Source: Hemiscyllium ocellatum
Taxonomy: Eukaryota
DNA length: 64,000 nucleotides
Assembly: GCF_020745735.1 (NCBI RefSeq)
Contig: NC_083401.1
Coordinates: 112,837,740-112,901,739 of the forward strand
Direction of reading: 5' to 3'
Shown here: one piece after another, positions 38,830-52,400 of the stretch
Layout: each line of letters opens with the position of its first letter
Position numbering within the stretch: position 1 is the stretch's first letter
Position numbers and translations under genes: made by a program
The notes under the pieces: generated by a model
The model's database searches: none
What the model was told of the DNA's origin: nothing
The model's input: only the letters and a program-made list of their open reading frames with translations

Positions 38830-39205
38830 CAGAAAAACTACACAGAAAATGTGGAAACAAGCCATTCGGCCCATTGAGTCCACACCAATCCTCCATAGAG
38901 CATCCTACCTAGACTTAGCCCCACATTCTATCCCTGTAACCCTGCATTTCCCATGGCCAATCCACCCAGCCTTCACACCCCAGACACAATATGACAATTT
39001 AGCATGAACAATCCACCTAATCCACACATCTTTGAACTGTGGGGCAGGGTGTGTGTGTGTGTGGGAGAGAACCAGAGCACCCAGAGGAAACCCATGCAAA
39101 CATGTGGCAAATGTGCAAACTCCACACCGGCAGTCACCTGAAGGTGGAATCGAACCTGTGTCCCTGGCACTGTAAATCAGCAGCGCTAACCACCGAGCTA
39201 TCATG
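38830..39205 (-). mobile_element. HE1-type (V-SINE) SINE
   Basis: Minus strand ctcggtggttagcgctgctg, ggttcgattcc B-box, tgtggagtttgcacat, V-domain ggtttcctctgggtgctctggtt, CR1-like tail. Confidence 0.9.
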
Positions 39206-39291
39206 TGATTATTGAGTATCCTCTAAAACCAAGATTGGATTAATAAGCAAAGATGTAAAAAGCATCTCAGTGCTGACTGTTTATTACTAAT

Positions 39292-39610
39292 TTAGATTAG
39301 ATTCCCTACAATATTGAAATAGGCCCTTTGGCCCAACAAGTCCACATTGACACTCTGAAAAGTAACCCATCCAGACCCATTCCTCTATTTACCCCTGACT
39401 AATATACCTAATACTTCAGGCAATGTAGCATGGCCAATTCACCTGGCCTGCACATCTTTGGATTGTGGGAGGAAACCAGAGCACCCGGAGGAAACCCATG
39501 CAGACATGGGGAGAACGGGCAAACTCCACAGTCAACTGAGGCTGGAATCAAATCCGAAACCCTTTTGCTGTGAGGCAACAGTACTAACCACTGAGCCACT
39601 TTGCCACCCT
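39292..39610 (-). mobile_element. HE1-type (V-SINE) SINE
   Basis: gtggctcagtggttagtactg...gggtttcctccgggtgctctggtttcctcccacaatccaaagatgtgcagg...(aatct)n tail. Confidence 0.92.
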
Positions 39611-42600
39611 TAGGTGGCACCTGGTAGAGAAATATTTTCCACCCCATGAGTCAGGCGCCAACCTCACTCCAGATAAATTGCCATCAAGATGGACCTCTGT
39701 ATGTCAACCTCATTACGGTGGGTAACAATGCCCTTTGTAATTTTGCATTTCTTTTATGTTGATGTATACAATGCACACAGAATCACCGATAAGCATATGT
39801 AAGCTGATGTATAAATGTGGAACTATATTAAGATCCATTGTCAAAGCAATCAGGGTTGTTTGAAACGGATGTATAATAATTGGTTTTTCAGAAACATTTA
39901 AGAGAATGGTCATCTGTGGGGAAGTTTCTGTGCTTCAGAGAAGTCATCACTAAGCTGTGAGAAATTTGTAAATGTTGTGGTTCTGCCTCCATTTGATCAT
40001 CTGTTATCCCACACTCTGCCCCATTCCCCCTTTAGCTCATCTCCAAACCTATTCCTGGGAGGGGACATTGAATTGCATATTCATGAGTTTTCACCCAAAC
40101 TGTCAAGAGTTTCAGAGTTAAGCATGTACAAATTCAATAAAAAACTTGGGGAGGCGAAAGAGCAACAATGAAAGTCTCTGATAGAGTGGAGGACAGGAAT
40201 AATTAAAGGACATAGGATCAATGTTACAAGCCAAGTAACAGTGAAAATGGGATAGCTCAGGACAAAACATGAGTGCTCAAGATGTGTCTATGTGTTCAGT
40301 AGCTTAACTATCACAACTGCTCTCAGAGATACTGAACCCCATGTTCTACAAAATTGTTTTGGAATATTCCTCCAAATATTGGGACCTTAATTTCAGGTTC
40401 TCCTTTTCTTCCAGCCTCCAGAATTCACTGACCTTGGATGGAGGAAGCCTCTCCCCTGAAAAATGTGAGGGCAGTTCTGGAAGCAATTACTTCTATTGCT
40501 GCAGAGTGCTGTCTATTTGGACAGTGCAATAAGTATCTGTTGCCTCTGCCATCTGTTGTCAAGCACTCTCATTAGCTGTATCTTTTCTATATTCCATCCT
40601 TAGCAGGCTGGGGGATGGGTAGAGGATGTCTGCCTCTCCACAGCCTGCAGCAACACTTCCATGCTTGTCCCATTATTTCCCTTCAAGAACCCCAGGGGCA
40701 GTCAATTACAATCCTTCTGCTACACTCGCTTGCTTCTATCTTCGCTTGCTCCATTACGCTAGGCTTCCCGGCATCGCGTTTGTTTGATTGAACCAAATTC
40801 TAAGAATCTCCTTCTATGCTATCCTTCTGAAATTGAAAAAAAAGTTCTCTCTTGTACATTTTTGTTTGCAAACATAATTGGCACTATGAGGCAGTTTTTA
40901 GCTTATGGGATAAGTTCCCTGAAGCTAAATATATTTCCCACCCAACAGAGGCAGTGAATGGTCACAAGGATTCAAAGCATTGATTTCCATTGAATTCTAC
41001 TAATCCATGTCTTGTGTGAAACCATTGCTTCCTGATGAAAAAGTGTTGGCTAAGGTCTGTTGCCTAATTCCTGAAAAGGGCAGTGTGTCTCAGAAGGGTT
41101 TCATAGAAGAAATTGCTGAAGGATATTGGGGTGGGCAGGTTGCCATTTTCCTTATAGTCCCTAGACGGCAAATTTTGCACTTCCAGCTCCATAATGCAAT
41201 CATTAATCCTTAACAAATTAGTAATGTCTGTCCCCATCCACACACAGCTGCAGACCCACTTTCTGCCCAGCAGAAAAGCTACAGTGAGCTCCCTGTCTAG
41301 GCCATGGAAAGAGTGGCATTGAGTTCCTATTGACATTGTACGATCCTAATTAGAATATACATATGAGCCTCTTGCATTTCTCTGTTGGATACCTCATCCA
41401 CTGACAACAAAAGTGGTGTTAAATTTGAAAACAGTGGAAATGGCACAGGGAAAGAAGCTGTTTCATTTTAAATGCCTGTGAGCTTTGTTCCTGCCCAGTG
41501 GGAAAAGTTAAAATTCCTTACTGCCCCATGTGCATCTGACTCTGTTTTTATTTATGTGATGATGACCCACAGGGAGGGCTGGTATGCCAGACAACCTTTG
41601 CAGAGTCCTCAGGGCCAGGGATGGCTCAACATGAGGAGCATGTGGCGTTTGTTAATTACCAAGGCAAGCTAATGAACTGCATATTGCTGATGATCTTTGG
41701 GAAAACAACTTTAAAGCCAAGGCCATTAGTATGTTTACGACCTTCCATCTCGGTGTCATTTTTACCTAACCTTGGTTGTGTGAAAAACATTTTGAGAAAC
41801 AACCTTTAAATGTATTTCCAAATTGTATCTGTAAAAAAAGAGATTGGAATAACATCCCAGAACATTTTAAAAAGAAACATAAATGTAAATAGTCCTCAAT
41901 AATTTTCTCTAATGTGTGAATATACAACCTTAGAAGAGAGCTTAGAACATAGAAGAGAATTCTGTGCTGGTCAAGTGTCATATTGCTGCGGTATGTTCTA
42001 CCATCAGATTTGTGCTTTCTATGTGGTCTATGTTGTGCACACTCTTGCATGATGCCAATGTCCCCAGTTTGTACAGGAGAACTCTAAAGAGGTTGTCATA
42101 CAGTCCAACCAGCTGTGACAATGTCTAGCTAGGACTGTAAAAGTTCAGGTAACATAACAATGTGCTACTCTTTAAAGAAACATCTACTAAGATGCAAGAT
42201 GGTCCCTGCTCTAACAGCAAAATGTAACAAATGTACTTTTAGCTCATTATATAAGAACATAAGTAAAATGTTATGCTTCACTTTCATGCCATACTTAATT
42301 TGAAGTTGCATTGCAAGCTATGGATATAAAACAATAATAGCTCTTAATATACATTGGTAACATTGCGCAAACCAGCAAATTCCTTCCTCACCTGCTGTCA
42401 GGATTACAGTCTGTGTTTTCCTGCTGCTCTGTTGCTACTCCAGTTCGCAGCATTGTTCTCAGCTCCATAAGCAGAGAAAAAAAACACTCTCAGTAGGACT
42501 TCCAGAGCAGTGTGACTGAATGATGCCTCCAGGCATTATTCCCTTTTGTCTATCTCCTGTCATTTTTCCTCTGATTTGAGGGACAATCTGAACTGGAATC

Positions 42601-43094
42601 AATAGCCCTTTAAAGACTGACTGGCAATCTACTTCGAGCATTGCAAGGAAGACTTGTTCATTATTATCAGCTTTTTCCCATGACAAGAGTTTAAGTGACC
42701 CTCCCTGTGTGTCAGAAGGAACAATGATTTCTTATAATGAGAGATACAATGTCAAAACTTGCAAGCAACAACAAAATGGCATGCATAGTTAATAGTGAGC
42801 AAAATAAACTTGCAGTTTGGCAAAAAACTCATGAGGGAGAAATGTATTCTGGTTATTTTAATAGGAAGGATAAGCAGATCACATACTCTTTGGAAATTAG
42901 AGACTAAATGGAATGGAACAACACATAGATTTAGGAAAATAGGTATTAAAACAAGCAAATAATTAGTTGTTAAAAGCAAAATAGATGTGCTTCATTTTTG
43001 CATGATATAGTTAAAACCGAGAAAGTATACGAAAATTCATGCAGAAGTTTGATTTGATCATCTTTAGATCATTTCACACTTTTCTAGCTTCTTT

Positions 43095-43505
43095 ATTATA
43101 GAAAGGATGTAGAAGTTACAAAAGTGTCAAACAGTTGAAAATAGAATTGCTCAGTTATACCTATCAGGAAAGATTAAATAGATTGGAACTTTTTTCTATA
43201 GAGAAGCCAGAGTCTAATCATGAGGGTGACCAGTACCAATTGCCATCCATACAAGAAGGTCACTAACAAATCCAGTGGTGAATTCAGGTGAAATTTATTT
43301 CTCTAAAAAACAGTCGGGACATGGAACTCTCTACCCCAAGGTACAGATGAGTTCAAGCATACTCTAGATATACACATCAGACAAAAGGGGATCAAAGTTT
43401 CTGCTTGTGTCTGTGAAATGATAAAAGTGGGAAGCTCACATGGTGCAAAATCACTGACAAAGACCAATAGGGCTGAATGAACTATTCCTTTGGCTCATTT
43501 TCATG
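43095..43505 (+). mobile_element. Degraded CR1 3' fragment
   Basis: gaaaggatgtag...gaaagattaaatagattggaactttttt...gaccaatagggctgaatga. Confidence 0.5.
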
Positions 43506-45105
43506 TAATTCGTGAACTAGAAGACAGGCACATAAATAAATATTGTCCTCAAAGAATTGTGTTCCAGACCCTTATGCTGCTAACTCAGAGCTTGTAGCTT
43601 TGGAACTGCATTGTCCATCCCAGTCCTGAGGAAAGGTAAATAGATTTACACATTAACTGTGTTTTCACTCTACCGGCTGCTAGACCAGTAATTTCTATGT
43701 TGTTTTTTCAGATCCACACTTCTTTAATTCATTTTCACTGTCTTTCTTGTGTTGCATATCACGAACTCGAAACTAAATGAACTGGAAGTAGTATTTAGAC
43801 CAATGTGATATGAATTTCCATCCAATAAATCTTCCTAATGAACCAAAAATATGTTTCTACTTTTTAAAAGTTGAAATTGCACTGATTTTATTTGTTCAGG
43901 TTGATTAACTTTGTTTGGGTGTTTGTTTTTATCTTCACAATTCTATCTGAGATGACAGTTTTCAGCATGGGAATTAACTTGGAAATCAGAAATGATCTGT
44001 ATCCTGTAACAAAAGCACGTCACTTTCAAGCTGTTTAATTGCAAGGCTGGCTGACCATCAGGATCTATATTGTACCATAATTAAGATTATGTCTGCCAGG
44101 TAGATAATAACTTGGTTTCTTGACTGTGGTTATGCTTAATTAGCTGCACACAATGTAATGTGGAAAAGTTGGATATAACTGCAGGCCATTTCCATGGATT
44201 GCTAAAAGACAATCCACATTGGAATTAAGGGCTTAACAAAAGAACCTGGGAAACAGAAAAATCTTCAGCCGAGATAACAAGCATGATGTGAATGAACTTT
44301 TCTCACCCAGTTAGACAAACATTTAAAAAAAAAGTAATAAAAGATTAGAAAGAGTTACGGCAATGGTTCAGTTTATCAGTTTTTATGATAGCATAAACAT
44401 TTATAAAAATCAGCATGACTGAATTGTTACTGTAAGCTCATGTGTACTATATGTAGGTAGATTATATATATATATAAATTACAATTGGAAGTGAGTGAAT
44501 GAACATTTTATGAATTTCCATTGCATTCTTCTGCCTGCTAGTTTACTGGAGGAGTTAACCCGTTTTTAATAAAAAGGTTAATGTCTGTTTTATAATAGGA
44601 GTTCAATGAATGTCACACAGATATGAGGAAAGATGAAAACAAAATCCATATAAATAAGAAGAATTGGAAGATAGTGATGTGTTTAATTGTTATTTCAGAA
44701 ATAAAAGGTAAATTGGGCTCTTGTGCAATATTCCCTGTAATTTTAGTTTTGAGTGTGCAGACAATTTATTTAAGTGTGTGGACCTTTAATTATTTATTGC
44801 ATGGTTGAGCAGGCATGGTAAATTAAAGGGACTGACATTTGTGCAAGCTGTGCAGGGACATTGGGGCAGCCTTAGAGGGACCATGAGGCCTCTGTGAGAA
44901 GATTGCAGATCCTGCAGCACATTTTTTATGATGATTCTGAGATCCCCAATAGCTTTTATCTGCTTGTACCTTCTGTTATAATAAAAATCTCTGACAACCT
45001 GTAAGGACCACTTAAACATTTTTGGTTGGAGAGAAAGCTGGTAATAATGAGCCATTTTACTGATAGATACCCTGATTTTATTTGCCATGCTGGAAGTGGA
45101 TTAAG

Positions 45106-45229
45106 GTAAAAACAATGACTGCAGATGCTGGAAAGCAGATTCTGGATCAGTGCTGCTAGAAAAGCACAGCAGTTCAGGCAGCATCCAACGAGCAGCGAAA
45201 TCGACGTTTCGGGCAAAAGCCCTTCATCA
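45106..45229 (-). mobile_element. Penelope-like module truncated at hammerhead C3
   Basis: Minus strand tTGATGAagggcttttgcccGAAACGTCgatttcg...cagcatctgcagtcattgtttttac. Confidence 0.85.
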
Positions 45230-45717
45230 ATCCCATTTAGCGCAGGGGTAGCAACACACAATAAAATGGAAATATCCTCAATGTGGAAACAAGACTCCAT
45301 CTTTACAATGTTTTTGGAGTGGTCAACACTGACAAATACCATCATGGAAAGGTGCATCAGTGACAGATTGATGAAAATCAGGCCAAATAGATTTTTCTGT
45401 CTCATATTTTCTCTCACCACCTACTGCAAACCCAATTTGGCAATTACATCCTTCAGGACTTGACCAGCTCCATGAGTAGTGGTGCAGTTGAACCACTCTT
45501 GGTGACAGATATTGCTCAGCATTATGTAAAAGGATTTTCACTTGAACGTTGGATGAAGAAAATAGACAGTTCAAAATTGGCAAGTTTTGCTGGTATTTGT
45601 TTGGAATCACTGATTGTGCCCAAAGTGAAAATACTTTGTCAATGGTCCACAAAAGCAAGTTCCTAAAAACAGCAAATAGATTATCTGATATTGTGATGTT
45701 GGTTGAAGGTAAATGTC

Positions 45718-45905
45718 TTAGAGTCAGAGAGACGTACAGCATTGAAACAGATCCTTCAGTCCAACTCGTCCATGCTGACCAGATATCTCAAACTCATCTA
45801 GTCTTATTTGCCAGCACTTGGTCCATATTCCTCTAAACCCTTCCTACTCTTATACCCATCCAGCTGCCTTTTAAATGTTGCAGTTGTACCAGCCTCCATG
45901 ACTTC
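45718..45905 (-). mobile_element. CR1 3' tail
   Basis: Reverse complement of 17215-17402. Confidence 0.85.
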
Positions 45906-46539
45906 TTCTCTACCAGAACAGCTCTGTTTTTTTGATGTGGACTTTTTAAACAAAGCACAGAGCACTAAGAAGGCTGGCAGCAAGATAAAAACAGCAGAGG
46001 TTGCAGCACTGAGAGTGAAAGAGCAGCAAAGACAAGGAAAGGAGTAAAAGCAATAATGGCAGGGCAGCACCAAGAAAGAAAACACTGTAAGCTCAGAGTT
46101 GGGGCTTGGATAAACAAATTGTGGCAGCAACACTGAAAGAGGGAGTATGCCGAAGTGTACTGGCAGAACAGCTCCACGGGTATGAGCACGGTAAGATCGG
46201 GAGCAAGAGTATGAAACAGTTACAGCAGCAACACTGAGAGTGAAGGAGCAATGAGGTCAAATTGGAAAATAAAAGAGCAACAGAGGTGGGCAAGTTCAGA
46301 ACTGACCCACCTCATTCAAAAAAAGTAATCTGTGACCTTAAACATGAGCAAATACTTGGTGAGCATTTTTCTGTGTGTGGATTTAACGTAGAGTACTTAT
46401 TCAAATTAAAAGCTGGGGTTATTAAAGAAATATCAATCAGGATAAGTGCAGCTGAACATAAACACAGAGCAGAAACATAAGTTAGGATTAACAGTTTAAA
46501 CAAGGATTTTGATTGTTGTTGTACAAGTTTAATCTTCTG

Positions 46540-46716
46540 TTTTCAATTCCTGCATCGTACGGAAATTTCAGACACTATGGAATGATCTACAGCTGCTTCA
46601 GATCAAATTTGGGATTTCTGAGTTTGAGGGGCAATTGGAGTCACTGCAGACCATCAGTGTGAATTAGAGTTTCCTTGATCATTGGTTTCAGAATGTGGCC
46701 AGCTCATAGACATTAA
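46540..46716 (+). pseudogene. CR1 ORF1 N-terminal relic (continues at 51780)
   Basis: LQLLQIKFGISEFEGQLESLQTI..SFLDHWFQNV, the coiled-coil segment of CR1 ORF1. Confidence 0.6.
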
Positions 46717-47030
46717 GGGGTGAATTTTGTCAGAAATCAGCTAAGTGACATTCATGAATTTCATGGAGGATTTTTTTTCTCTCTGAGACCCAGTGAGTTT
46801 TCTCAGACCATCATCCTAAACCTGTCTCATTATTGAGGTATGACTTTCCTAGGGTGCCCTTCTTGTCTGATGCCAACTTGATTTTATCTCAGGGTAGTCA
46901 GAATTACTTACCATGGCTTGGACATTCTTGTATCTCTGCTCCCAGCATCATCCTGAAATATTTGTTGCTCTCCCAATCGAGTAAGATCAGACTGAAGCTA
47001 TCTTGTACTGATGAAAATGTTTTCCCCAAA

Positions 47031-47545
47031 CATAGAGTCAGAGAGTCATAGATTCATATGGCACAGAAATAGACCTTTCAGTACAACCAGTCCATGCCAA
47101 ACACAATCCCAAGCTAAGCCAAAAGTTCCACCTGCCTGCGCTTGGCCCATATCCTTCCAAACTTTTCCTATCCATGAATCTATCCAAATATCTTTTAAAT
47201 ATTGTAATTGTACTCACATCCACCACTTCCTAGAAATTTCAAACCACATGTGGATCATCCTCTGTGTAAAAAAATCCTTTTTCTAAATCTCTGTCCTCTC
47301 ACCTTAAAAATGTGCCCATGGTCTTGAAATCCCCCATCTTAGGGAAAGGACAATTACCATCAACTCTATCCATACCTCGCATTATTTTATAAACTTCTTT
47401 CAGGTCACCTCACAACCTTCTATGCTCCAGTGGAAAATAGTCCCAGACTATCCAGCCTTTGCTTATAACTCAACCCTTCCATACTTGGCAACATCTGGGT
47501 AAATCTCTTCTGAACCCTCTCCAGCCTAATAACATCCTTCCTGTT
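47031..47545 (-). mobile_element. CR1 3' fragment nested in the Harbinger element
   Basis: catagagtcagagagtcatag tail; RT C-terminal remnants on the minus strand. Confidence 0.85.
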
Positions 47546-49912
47546 ACTGAAGACAGGGATCTAGATGTCTGGATGGAGGGGTTAATACTGAGGAGGGGCA
47601 TTCTACCCCCCAGGAAAGGATGAAGGTGCCATGACACCAAACCCTAACACCAAGAATCGAGGCTCCCACTTGGGTCAGTGTGGTCTCAACAGGACCAGAG
47701 GAATGCTTGGCTGTACTGAAAGAGGTTTACTTTTCCAGGCAAGCACCATCATCTTCTCTTCAAAATCTCACACTCAGTCTGTCTCTGCTCCTGTATCTAT
47801 ATCTCAACAAAGCTCATGCTGAAGGAAACATCTTCCCTCACTCACACTAACCTATCCTAACAGTCCCACCCCCTCATTACTAACCATGCTTAGGCTTGGC
47901 ACCGCCTACCCTTTCACATGGCACAGCTGAACATGTTTCCCCCATGTGCATCAGCCCTAACTGTTGTGGCAGCCACTATTATCTCAACCAAGTACTGTCT
48001 TTCTGTCATTCAAAGTGAAAACAGCACAGGATAACTCCAAGAGAACTACAATTGGTGATAAGGTAGCCAACATTGAGTTTCTCGCCCCTACATGGAGAAG
48101 ATCTTGGACCACACCACTGAGGGCTTGGATTGGTCCCTTGGAAATGCAGAAACATCCGTGTCTCATCAGCTAAATAAGAAGCATTATGCATTGTTGTACT
48201 ATTCTCCCATTACCCCCACTGTGAATATTATTAATATGCTACAACGACAACACATTGGTTATCATGCATTGTCTCCTTTGACTCCTCTGGGTACCAACAG
48301 GATTTCCACAATCTCTATGATCAAGAAGGTGGTCTCGCAACACATTGTCTCCTTCATCTCTGGGAAGCGAGCATGGATGGCTTAGGGGGAACACCAGAAG
48401 CGTACCTTGTGCTTCGCCAACCAGGTCAGACACTGGCACCTTGGTAGATATTTGATCTAGATTAGAGACAGGAGCATCTGTTATTGAAAACATCACAGCC
48501 ATGTCTTGATAGCTCGTGGAAGAAGAAACGCATCAGGTCTCTGGCACCTGCTTAGTCCCAGGGATGAGAAAACTCTGTGGTGTTGAAATTTGTGACGTAC
48601 AAGCAGAGACAGGAGCAACAGGCAGTTTTGCTAACAGCACAAAGCTTGCAGTACTGCAGCATTGCAGTTAGGAGTGTGCTGCTTTAGGCAAGGGTTTGTC
48701 TAGCTGCCTCCAAGGACAGGTTGGTAGCTGGTCCAGAAGTCTCCAAATCGTTGGATAGGCAAACGTTTGTGCTCAGCAAAAAAATGCAAGGTGCCAGAGG
48801 GTGGCTGAGGAACTTGAGCTCATTCCAGGTGTTCCTTCCTCCCAAGGAGATGGGGCAGCGCCAGGAAGAATCCTAGGGTGGAGGAACTGCATACAGACCC
48901 CATTCAGAGGTCTCCTCTCTGGACATTCCAGGGGTGGCCAGGCCAACTTGCTCCCACCCTGCCTGCCACCCTCAGACCTGTAAGATCTCAAGCCAAGGAA
49001 AGTAAACTTGCCTCTGGGCTGGTCATACTCAGCATGGCTAAGCTCTGGAGACATAAGCACCTCGTGACCACTGAACCAAACCACCAAGGACTGCACTGAG
49101 GCATAAGGGGAGGGAAAGATAGAAGAAGACCCTCTAAGGACAAATAGGGAGCCGATCACTCTAAGTAAGTTTTAGTATTTGTAAATATCTGTTTGGTTTT
49201 CATCATCAGCTATGTGTGCAAATATCTGTCTAACCACAGCTACAACATTGAAGGTGCCTCATCACCTGCACATTAACACAATGTTATATCGTCCGAGGTG
49301 TGAAGGTAGCAGCTACTGCATCATGTGCAGACTATGGGTAAATGGCAAGTGATTGCTACTTTGGCAGAAAGGGTCAATCTTTCCAAGTAGCAAAATATTG
49401 CTTGTACATCACAGCCATTAGTGGGATTGGTTCATCATGTTGTATGACATGGTGGACTGCTTAGAGCAAGGATTTTGATAGCACACATGAGATTAATGAC
49501 TATTGTTCACACACAGCATGTAATGCTGACAGATGAGATTCAGCTTTAGTGCATGGGTGTTTGTGAAATGGTGTTGCCCATTGAAGGGCCCTTACACTGC
49601 TCGAAATTGAATACTGTCCCTCCCCCGGCTTAAATACTACTCCACCCACTCCAGGTATGGTCGCAGCCATTTTCATCATTGTGTCTGGTGCACTTGTTAT
49701 TTACTGCATGATGAAATGAGAAAAAACATTTGCTCTTCAAGCACAAACTTTTGTTAATGGTGAAACCCCAAATGTACACATCATTTTCTTGGCAGTCCCC
49801 CCAGCCAAATGTGTAGGCTTTGAACATCTTCATTTCTTAATTAAACCCTTCTCTCTCAATCCCCTGAGTAAATACATCAGATCTAGGAGTGCCGTGACCT
49901 TCTCTTGAAGCC

Positions 49913-50044
49913 ATTCCTAAGGAAGGGCTTATGCCCAAAATGTTAATTCTCCTGCTCCTCAGATGCTGCCTGACCTGCTGTGCTTTTCCAGTGTCATACT
50001 TTTTAACTCTGATCTCCAGCATCTTCAGTCCTCACTTTATCTTT
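49913..50044 (+). mobile_element. Penelope-like module, decayed hammerhead
   Basis: attcCTAAGGAagggcttatgcccAAAAtgtt...; ttgaagcca duplicated at 49905-13 and 50045-53. Confidence 0.8.
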
Positions 50045-50162
50045 TTGAAGCCAATGTGCTACTTATTGACAATGACATCCTTTTCCATAATATCCCTTCA
50101 GTACACTATTGTCTCTCCCCTTATTTACTATGATACATCCTTCCTAGTTGCATGAGGTGACA

Positions 50163-50498
50163 GGGAGGTGACAGCCCAGTGGTATTATCACTGGATTGAT
50201 AACCCAAGCAACATTCTGGGGACCCAATTCAAATCCTGCCCTGTCAAATGGTGGAATTTTAATTCAATAAAAGTCTAGGATTAAGAGTCTAACAATGACT
50301 ATGAACGTATTGTTGATTGTCAGGAAAATCAATCCATTTCATAAATGTCCTTACCTGGTCTGGCCTACATGTGATTCCAGACCCATAGCAAGGTGGTCAA
50401 CTCTGAGACTGTTCTCTCGGCAATTGGAGATTGCCAATAAATGCAGGCCTGGCCAACTACAGCCTCATCCTGTGAATAAATGAATAATTTAAAAAAAT
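50163..50498 (+). mobile_element. tRNA-derived SINE sharing its 3' tail with the 60000-61950 LINE family
   Basis: cagtggtattatcactgg A-box, ttcaaatcc B-box, ggcaattgg...caataaatgc...catcctgtgaataaatg A-tail. Confidence 0.75.
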
Positions 50499-51779
50499 CT
50501 GAATGCCAGCATTCTGGCTCCAATCCACAGTCATGCTGTCCAACTTTCTACATGCAGCAGTGGTCTCTATAAAATCTCCTGCGACGTTTAGCAACTGATC
50601 CTCCATGACTGACTCTGGTCCAATCTCTTCAATGATTTAGCTGGACAACACCAAACAATGAGTGGTCAGACCACTGACAGAATTCTGTACAACACTCAAC
50701 TGCACACTCTAAGGAGTGGTTGCACTGAGCCTACCAGATTGACAATGGTCCAATCCCCAGAGTATAGAGATATGGACCTCTTGCCATGACCACCTGAGTA
50801 GCTAACAGACTGTGCCAAATCGTCTGGACTGATATCAGAGGCTTCCCTCCAGCAGTAGGTATTACTGTATTTGGGCCCTCTGATGATATTGTATCTCCCG
50901 GAACTTAACTGAGGTCCATTGCTCTTAGACTTCGAGACTGGCCATTTGCTTAAAGTACATGCAGTGTGTTTGGCATATATGTGTGGTTACATATGGTGCA
51001 GGTGTATTACTGATATGGCACAGTGCTATGCAGGTTCAATCCCTTGACTAATCATAGCCAGCATAAATAGCTTTGTTTTTCTGCAAAAGGTAAGACAGAA
51101 ATAATGTGAACCCTTAAGGTGTGGCTGAGGGGGAATGTGTCAATTTTCGAAACAAGAGAGGGTGGTATGAGCATTGAAGTAGTCTTAAAGTGAATGAGCA
51201 CTAAGGGGGCAAACAAGCAGCATGTGATGGTCCAGTCCATGAAGGAGGTGCCTGTCACTGTGCCTGAAGTGTCCTTGCAGAAGCAGTTCAATAAAAGATG
51301 TTTATGTGCTCTAATGTACAGCATTGAAGTATAGAAGTGCATTCTAAGTGGTTTGGTGATGTAACATGATGCAATGAGGCTCTCATGCCTTGGATATCAA
51401 TGTTGTGGACATGGCTATATGTGGTCACTGACTGTGTTTTGAGATGTTGCATCCTGGTGTCTGACACAGAAATCTAGAGGAGCAACAAGTTGAAACCATC
51501 AGTCAACTGCTCTAATGTCATGTTAAGAATCCTCAGTGTCCAATTTCTATCCATTGGCCGTCAAATTAAAGATTGCATGTTAATGAGATGAGATTAGATG
51601 ATAATGTGGATGATAATCCATGCTAATGGTCCCCTTGCTACTTCTGAACCAGAATTTCATCTCAATGTATCACACTTGGCTGAATAATATGACACTTTGG
51701 CCTCACTTGCCATCTCACTCAGTTTTCCCAAATTTCTCACCATAACCAACAGCATTCAGGGGCTAGGAAGCTTCTAACC

Positions 51780-52400
51780 TAAGAGTTCAGGATAACAGTT
51801 GAACTGCCATCCACCTGTATAAAAAGAAGTAGGTGCAGACCATTTGCAAACAGATACTCTGCACAGGAGAATCCTGGGACTGATGACAACTTGAAAGAGT
51901 ATGATCCAGACCATGGTGCCATTGGACAAGGGATTATCCTGGAGTGTGAATTACAAAGCAATTGCCCTCTGAGATTCCATAATTTGGGGAAATGGGAAAA
52001 TAGTGCAGTAACCATCATCATGATGTTTTGTGTCCCTGGTTGCCCGGTAGAGCATATCAGAAAGATGATGCAGAATATTCTGTCAGGGTATAGAAATTAT
52101 GTAGCTATTATAGTAATATTAGTACCAACAACATAAACAAAAATAAGTATTAATATGTTCAGGAGCTAAGGGAAAGTTAAGAAGTATGGTTTTGAACTTA
52201 AAATTATTGCCAGTGCTATGTGCTAGAGAATGCACTAATAGAAAAATGGGGAAGATCAGATTCAGCTTCTCAGCGTATCAAGACTTTTGTGTGAGAGAAG
52301 GCACCTTAACAAACCTGGAACCAATGTCCTCATGGGCAGTTTTACCAACAGGATTAAGGAAGGTTTAAATTAACTTGGCAGGGAAGTGCACAATGGTTTG
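51780..52400 (+). pseudogene. CR1 ORF1 (SGNH esterase-like region) relic
   Basis: MMFCVPGCPVEHIRKMMQNIL (cf. VCCLPGARV.D..ERL..IL). Confidence 0.6.

Larger units (their letters stand above)
46717..51779 (+). mobile_element. PIF/Harbinger-derived element with TAA TSD
   Basis: TAA|ggggtgaatttt ... aagcttctaacc|TAA; Myb/SANT-like relic EDRDLDVWMEGLILRRGIL at 47548-47610; splits a CR1 ORF1. Confidence 0.6.

Noticed and set aside
39540-39610. tRNA genes suggested by A/B boxes (also ~35270, 39140, 50163, 55810)
   Set aside because: These are SINE heads followed by SINE bodies; no complete cloverleaf.
45950-46290. Repeated cagca(a)cactgagagtgaa motifs and overlapping ORFs
   Set aside because: They lie just upstream of the CR1 ORF1 relic and are best explained as decayed 5' UTR repeats.
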